In this document: positions 57,778 through 64,000 of the stretch, piece after piece
How positions within the stretch are numbered: position 1 is the first letter of the stretch
Layout: each line of letters starts with the position of its first letter
Origin: a bacterium UBP14_UBA6098
GTDB lineage: Bacteria; UBP14; UBA6098
NCBI GenBank assembly: GCA_002428525.1
Contig: DIWU01000003.1
Span: 16,662 to 80,661 of the forward strand
Direction of reading: 5' to 3'
DNA: 64,000 bases
Position numbers and translations under genes: made by a program
Notes under the pieces: model-generated
Databases searched by the model: none
What the model saw: the letters and a program-made list of their open reading frames with translations, nothing else
Told to the model about the DNA's origin: nothing

Positions 57778-60700
57778 TTGTTTTCGGTGTAATTGCTTGG
57801 GGCTATTGATGTTATCGTTAGCCGTCGTCGAGTTCACAGCCGCGGAACTTAGACCGATCGAGGTCACCGCCGGAGGGTTTTCGGCTATCTACTCCTCCGA
57901 TGGCTTCACTATCGATGAACTCGGTGAATACTCGACAATCGGGATCGAGAGCGCCGGTCTTCTGTCCCGGCCGGGGGATCCGGAACTGCCGCTTTTCAGC
58001 GAGTATATATTGCTCTCGGGCGGAAGGCCCTCTATCGAATGGGAGATCAGCTCCGCTGAAACTATTTTTTCGCCTCCGCCGGCTCCGGCGCAATATCCGC
58101 TTTTCGAGAGCGGTGCGGCGGGAGGCCCTCAGGTTGGCGAATCGGGTGTTTACCGCTCGGGCGCTATTTGGCCTGCGGGTTTTGCGGGAATCGAGGCCCT
58201 CGGAAGCGCTCGCGGTGTGCCCTTAGGACAGATGACTATTTTCCCTGTGCGCTACGATTTTTCACTGAGCGCTTATATTATTGTCAAAAGGGCGAGGATA
58301 TCCGTCGATTTGGGCGGCGCGGTCGAGCTTCCCGAGGAGCGGCTTCAGAGCGCGCCCTTCATGGCGATGCTCTCCGAGATCGCCTTCAACGGAAACGCAC
58401 TGCCGACGCCGCTCGCGGGCGATCCGGGTGAGTATCTCGTTATCTGCCCGGACAACTGCTGGAGCGCGGTGGGCGATTTCGCCGCGCATAAGGAATCGCG
58501 CGGGCACAAGGTAGTTTCGGTGCGCCTTTCCTCTCTCGGTGTGCCGGCGTCTGTATCGGCTATTAAAAATTTCATCAAAACACAATACGATACGCTCAAT
58601 CCCGCGCCGACCTTCGTCGTTTTGGTGGGCGATATCGAGATGGACGACGGCACTGTCGTCCCGCAACACGGTTACACCTTCTACAACTCCGACCATAGCT
58701 ACTCCCTCACCGACGGCGACGACTTCTTCAGCGATGTTTTCTTGGGGCGGATTTCAGTCGAAAACCTCTCGGAGTTCCGCGTGACGATAGAGAAAATTAA
58801 GCGCTTCGAGAATAGCCCCACGGCCTCGGGAGCAGATTGGATGCAGAGGGCGATGGTCGTTTCGACCTACGACCATGCTGTCACGCCGGTCTGGAATGTG
58901 CTTTGGATAAGGGAACTCCTTATGGCGCATGGATTTACACAGGTCGATACCTTCTTCGAGCGGGGAAGCTCGATCCCTCCGGCCTCGGATATCTCCGCGA
59001 AGATCAATGCAGGCCTTTCCTATATTGACTATCGCGGATGGGCGGGTTCGGACGGCTGGTGGGAGCCGGCCTATACACGCTACGATGTGCTTGCCCTCAC
59101 AAATTCGACCTATCCGGTAGTGACGAGTATAGTCTGCGGCACCGGCGACTTCGGCTCGACCTTCACCGATCCCTGCTTCGGCGAGGCATGGATCCGCGCA
59201 GGCAGTGTGACAAACCCGCGCGGCGGCGTCGGTTTCTTCGGGACATCGGATCATGCCAGCCATACCCGCTACAACAACCCGATCAACAGCGGCTTCTATA
59301 TCGCGCTTTTTGACCTCGATCTTCCGCATTTTGGGCAATGCGTTTGGGTTGGGGAGTCCGAATGTCTCCGCCTGCATCCCTTCGAGCTGACGCAGGTCGA
59401 GCAGTATTTCATGACCTACGAGATTTTAGGCGATCCGGGCTTGATGATGTATCACGGCGGCACGCCGGAGCTGGTTGTGAACCACGGCGCAGTGGGGCTC
59501 GGCGCTTCGGTCGAGGTGGAGGTCACCTCGGACGGCGCGGCCTATCCGGGAGCGCTGGTTTGTCTGTATCGCGCCGGCACCGGCGAAAAGACGTTGGCCT
59601 ACACCGATTTCACCGGAAATGCGGAGCTTATCGTCCCCGGCGGCGGCTCGGGAACTGTGCGCTTGACCGTGGTTTCGCCGTTTCATATCACCTACACCGA
59701 GGACTTCACGCTTTCCGGCGCGCCTAATTTCGCAATTGCGAGCGTGAGCTTCGACGATGCTTCCGGCGACGGCGACGGCAGAATCGACCCGGGCGAATCG
59801 GGGCGTCTGGAGATCGAGCTTCGCAACAACGGCCCACTTGCGACGCATGTTGAAACATATCTCTGGTGCGAACACGAGGGCGTCTCGGTCGAGGCGAATT
59901 TCGACTCGCTCTGGCGGGTTTGGGGCGGCGAGGTCAGGACTGTCGCGTTCGATATCTCGGCGAGCGGTCTCGCCTCCGGCGGCGGCCCGGCGCGAATGAA
60001 CCTCCTTTGCGACACCCGCGACGGCTCGATCCTCCTCCCCTTCGCGCTGGAGCTTGAAACCTCGAGCTTTTACTTGGATTCGATCATCTTCGACGATTTG
60101 GCCTCCGGCGACGGCGACGGCCTCTTGGAGCCGGGGGAAACCGCGTCGGCGCGGCTCGTCGTTCGGCACAGCGGTTCGGTCGATCCCTCGCCGCTGGAAT
60201 TCGCGGTGTATTCCTCCTCCGGTTGGGTCGATGTCCTCGCTGAATCGGTGGTTGTAAGTGCCATTGCAGGTGGAGTGGGGCAATCGGCCCCCTTCACAAT
60301 CTCCGCCTCCGCGGACGCCTTCGAGGGGATGCCGATTATTCTCCATGTCTTCAGGCGCACCGCCTTAGATGAAGTCAAATTCGGCGAATACTCCTTGAAT
60401 TTAGGCCTCGCGACAAGCTCCGACCCTACAGGCCCCGATGGTTGGGGCTATTTCGCCTATGACAACACGGACATAACCTCCGGTCATGCACCGACCTCGA
60501 GCTTCGAGGATATCTCGACAACCGGAACGGCCTATCCGATCGGCGACGACGAGACCTTCGAGATCGCCCTGCCCTTCGATTTCGTCTTTTATGGCAGGCA
60601 TTACGACACTTTGACGGTCTGCTCGAACGGCTGGGCGGCCCCGGGAAAACAACCATACTTTATGCTCGATTTCTATAACACGCCGATCCCCGGCCCGAAC

Positions 60701-61882
60701 GGCCCGTGGGGAACACTCGCGCCATTTTGGGACGATCTTCAGCCGATTGTCGGCCCGGGCGGTGTTTTTTACCAATATTTTCCGGCTCAGGGGAAATATA
60801 TCGTTCAATGGCAGAATATGGAGCATGCGGGAATTACGGGCATGGACAACACCTTCCAGCTTGCGATCTTCGACCCGGCGGTGAATCCCTCGCGCACCGG
60901 CGATTCGCCTATCGAGTTCAGATATTCGGGCGGAATCGAGGATGTTGATAATGAGGAGGAGTATTCGACGGTTGGAATCGAGTCGCCGGATCATGTTTTC
61001 GGGCTTGAGTATCAGTTCGGCCTGCGTTCCGACCCGGGAGCGGCCTTTTTGACCGACGGCAGAGTGATTCGCTTCACTACCGACTGCGGCGCGGCCTTGA
61101 TTGAAGGCTTTGTGAGGCTCGAACGAGGCCATCCGCAAGGCGCGAGGATCACCTCGGCCGGCGGCCACCTCACCGAGCCCGATATTTCGGGCTATTACCG
61201 CTTCACAGAGATCGAGCCGGGGGTGAATGTTTTCACCTGCTCGGCTCCGGGGCATTTCGCGCAGGTTGAGACTGTCACAGTGGTTTCGGACGAGCTGGTC
61301 GCTATCGACTTCTACCTTCCGCAAGCGCCGATCCCGACAATTACCTACGCGAGCAAGGCGGACAGCGCAGGCAATATCGCTGTGATATGGACCTCCGCGG
61401 GGATGCCCTCCGGATATCGATTGTATAAATATCTCTCCCCCGGCTCTTCACCGGAGGTTTTCGAGACGACCGACACAGTCTTTTTGGATTCCGATGTCTC
61501 GGTCGGGCGGAAGTTTTGGTATCGGGTTTCGGCGGTGTTCTCGACCTGCGAGAGCTTTTTGTCCGACCCGGATTCCGGTTGGATAGAGCTTTTAACCGGA
61601 ATCGACGAGGTTGAGAAACCGGAGATGATCGAGCTTTCGGTCTCGCCGAACCCCTTCAACTCCTCGCTCAGGATTCGCTCCGACCTTCCGGGGAACAAGG
61701 AGGTTGCAATCTTCGATATGCTCGGAAGGCGCATAAACACAATCCCGATGGCCGCGGGCGAGTCTGTCGCTTTTTGGGACGGAAAAGGCACCGCAATTGC
61801 CGAGGTTCCCTCGGGGATATACTTCATCGAACTGCGTTCAGAAACGCGCAGAATACTAAAGAGAGCAGTTTTAATCAAATAA
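57764..61882 (+). CDS. Gingipain-like cysteine peptidase (family C25) with T9SS C-terminal sorting domain
   Basis: 1372 aa. Signal peptide MKRISCFRCNCLGLLMLSLAVVEFTAAE. C25 catalytic-domain-like region (...YLVICPD...FVVLVGD...DGTVVPQHGY.., ...TSIVCGTGDF... with a catalytic-Cys context). C-terminus SPNPFNSSLRIRSDLPGNKEVAIFDMLGRRI...SGIYFIELRSETRRILKRAVLIK is a T9SS CTD. Its start overlaps the corC stop. Confidence 0.8.
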   Translation: MKRISCFRCNCLGLLMLSLAVVEFTAAELRPIEVTAGGFSAIYSSDGFTIDELGEYSTIGIESAGLLSRPGDPELPLFSEYILLSGGRPSIEWEISSAETIFSPPPAPAQYPLFESGAAGGPQVGESGVYRSGAIWPAGFAGIEALGSARGVPLGQMTIFPVRYDFSLSAYIIVKRARISVDLGGAVELPEERLQSAPFMAMLSEIAFNGNALPTPLAGDPGEYLVICPDNCWSAVGDFAAHKESRGHKVVSVRLSSLGVPASVSAIKNFIKTQYDTLNPAPTFVVLVGDIEMDDGTVVPQHGYTFYNSDHSYSLTDGDDFFSDVFLGRISVENLSEFRVTIEKIKRFENSPTASGADWMQRAMVVSTYDHAVTPVWNVLWIRELLMAHGFTQVDTFFERGSSIPPASDISAKINAGLSYIDYRGWAGSDGWWEPAYTRYDVLALTNSTYPVVTSIVCGTGDFGSTFTDPCFGEAWIRAGSVTNPRGGVGFFGTSDHASHTRYNNPINSGFYIALFDLDLPHFGQCVWVGESECLRLHPFELTQVEQYFMTYEILGDPGLMMYHGGTPELVVNHGAVGLGASVEVEVTSDGAAYPGALVCLYRAGTGEKTLAYTDFTGNAELIVPGGGSGTVRLTVVSPFHITYTEDFTLSGAPNFAIASVSFDDASGDGDGRIDPGESGRLEIELRNNGPLATHVETYLWCEHEGVSVEANFDSLWRVWGGEVRTVAFDISASGLASGGGPARMNLLCDTRDGSILLPFALELETSSFYLDSIIFDDLASGDGDGLLEPGETASARLVVRHSGSVDPSPLEFAVYSSSGWVDVLAESVVVSAIAGGVGQSAPFTISASADAFEGMPIILHVFRRTALDEVKFGEYSLNLGLATSSDPTGPDGWGYFAYDNTDITSGHAPTSSFEDISTTGTAYPIGDDETFEIALPFDFVFYGRHYDTLTVCSNGWAAPGKQPYFMLDFYNTPIPGPNGPWGTLAPFWDDLQPIVGPGGVFYQYFPAQGKYIVQWQNMEHAGITGMDNTFQLAIFDPAVNPSRTGDSPIEFRYSGGIEDVDNEEEYSTVGIESPDHVFGLEYQFGLRSDPGAAFLTDGRVIRFTTDCGAALIEGFVRLERGHPQGARITSAGGHLTEPDISGYYRFTEIEPGVNVFTCSAPGHFAQVETVTVVSDELVAIDFYLPQAPIPTITYASKADSAGNIAVIWTSAGMPSGYRLYKYLSPGSSPEVFETTDTVFLDSDVSVGRKFWYRVSAVFSTCESFLSDPDSGWIELLTGIDEVEKPEMIELSVSPNPFNSSLRIRSDLPGNKEVAIFDMLGRRINTIPMAAGESVAFWDGKGTAIAEVPSGIYFIELRSETRRILKRAVLIK

Positions 61883-63207
<1,325 letters not shown>

Positions 63208-63208
<1 letters not shown>

Positions 63209-63576
63209 TGCCTAAAACGAGGATACAGCCCGAGATCGACAAGTCCAACCGCTTCTTGCGCTTGGATGAGAAAGCCCGAGCCAAGATGTGGAGCGGGGCC
63301 AAGAAGACAATCTTCGTGTTGGTCTTATTGATAATGGCGCTACTTCTTTTCGGGGGGGATTTCGGGCTTATTTCTTTATTTAGATACCGACGCTTCGAGC
63401 GGCACCTCGAGTCTCAGATCGAGTTCGAGAAAGCGCGGCAGGATTCACTCAAAGAGGTGCTGATGCGCCTCAACACCGACGACGAGTTTAAGGAGAGGCT
63501 CGCGCGGGAGAAGCTTCGCATGGTCCGAGACGGCGAGGTTATCTATCGCTTCGAAGAACAAAAAGCAGGTGAATAA
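63208..63576 (+). CDS. ftsB: Septum formation initiator (FtsB/DivIC family)
   Basis: 122 aa. Single N-terminal TM helix (IFVLVLLIMALLLFGG) followed by a coiled-coil. The conserved eno-ftsB adjacency holds here, with a start/stop overlap. Confidence 0.75.
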
Positions 63577-63582
63577 AAGAAA

Positions 63583-63612
63583 GCCGCCCATAAAGGGCGG
63601 CTTTTTTCTCGC
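63583..63612. terminator. Bidirectional rho-independent terminator between convergent ftsB and glnA
   Basis: AAAGCCGCCCataaaGGGCGGCTTTTTTCT: a GC-rich hairpin with T-runs on both strands. Confidence 0.75.
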
Positions 63613-63625
63613 TATTAGAGGCCGA

Positions 63626-64000
63626 CTATATATCGAAATAAAGCTCGACCTCGCGCGGGACGGGATGTTTCGCGACATCGCGAATACTCCGTTCGGCGAA
63701 TTCGGCATGTCTTTCGAGAAGCGAGTCAGTGAAAACTTCATCCTTGGTTAAATAATCTTTGTCCTTCTTCAGGGCATCGAGGGCGGACTCGAGTTTCGAG
63801 GGGATATCCTTGAGGCGCCTTCTCTTAGCCTCCGGCCATTTATCGACATTCTCGTCGAAGGGGCCATAACCGAGGGCCGTCGGATCGAGCTTGCGTTCGA
63901 TTCCATCGAGACCGGCAAGCATCTGTGCCGCGATCGCGAGATGAGGATTGCATGTCGCGTCCGGGGGACGGAACTCGAAGCGCTTGAGTGCCGGAGCGTC
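63626..64000 (-). CDS. glnA: Glutamine synthetase type I, 3' (C-terminal) fragment; the gene continues beyond the window end
   Basis: C-terminal ...MLAGLDGIERKLDP...HPVPREVELYFDI matches the GSI C-terminus (the ...HPVEFELYYSV-type ending). Reading frame stays open to the window edge. Confidence 0.8.
   Translation of the reverse strand, partial: DAPALKRFEFRPPDATCNPHLAIAAQMLAGLDGIERKLDPTALGYGPFDENVDKWPEAKRRRLKDIPSKLESALDALKKDKDYLTKDEVFTDSLLERHAEFAERSIRDVAKHPVPREVELYFDI

Overview
High-GC (~60%) bacterial chromosomal segment, densely coding, probably from an uncultivated FCB-superphylum-like lineage. At least six proteins end in the conserved ~80-aa type IX secretion (Por_Secre_tail-like) C-terminal sorting domain, recognisable by the ...SPNPFN... 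motif followed by a beta-sandwich ending in K/IIK. Housekeeping genes are conserved and clearly identifiable: fhs, comEC, dut, purM, lnt, PNP, hsp20, lon, eno, ftsB, a glnA fragment, pgpH and corC. Interleaved with them are many secreted peptidase genes (M16, M28, an HExxH metalloprotease, M42, M14, C25 gingipain-like), two TPR proteins, a GT-C (PMT/ArnT-like) glycosyltransferase-TPR fusion, and a HicB-HicA toxin-antitoxin pair. The dominant feature is a 15.2-kb gene for a 5,065-aa predicted lipoprotein built from ~47 tandem Ig-like (Big_1/invasin-type) domains. It sits in a long minus-strand co-directional block and is followed immediately by a small predicted outer-membrane beta-barrel, a secreted TPR protein and a periplasmic cyclophilin. 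Lnt, a GNAT-fold protein and a T9SS beta-propeller lie upstream. I propose this as a candidate dedicated surface-fibril display module; the role is inferred from sequence only. A ~140-nt intricately structured repeat occurs twice as direct copies bracketing a small ORF plus comEC, with compensatory base changes between the copies. A low-GC island spans the 3' half of one T9SS metalloprotease gene and contains two tandem palindromic operator-like sites. No rRNA, tRNA or CRISPR arrays were seen.
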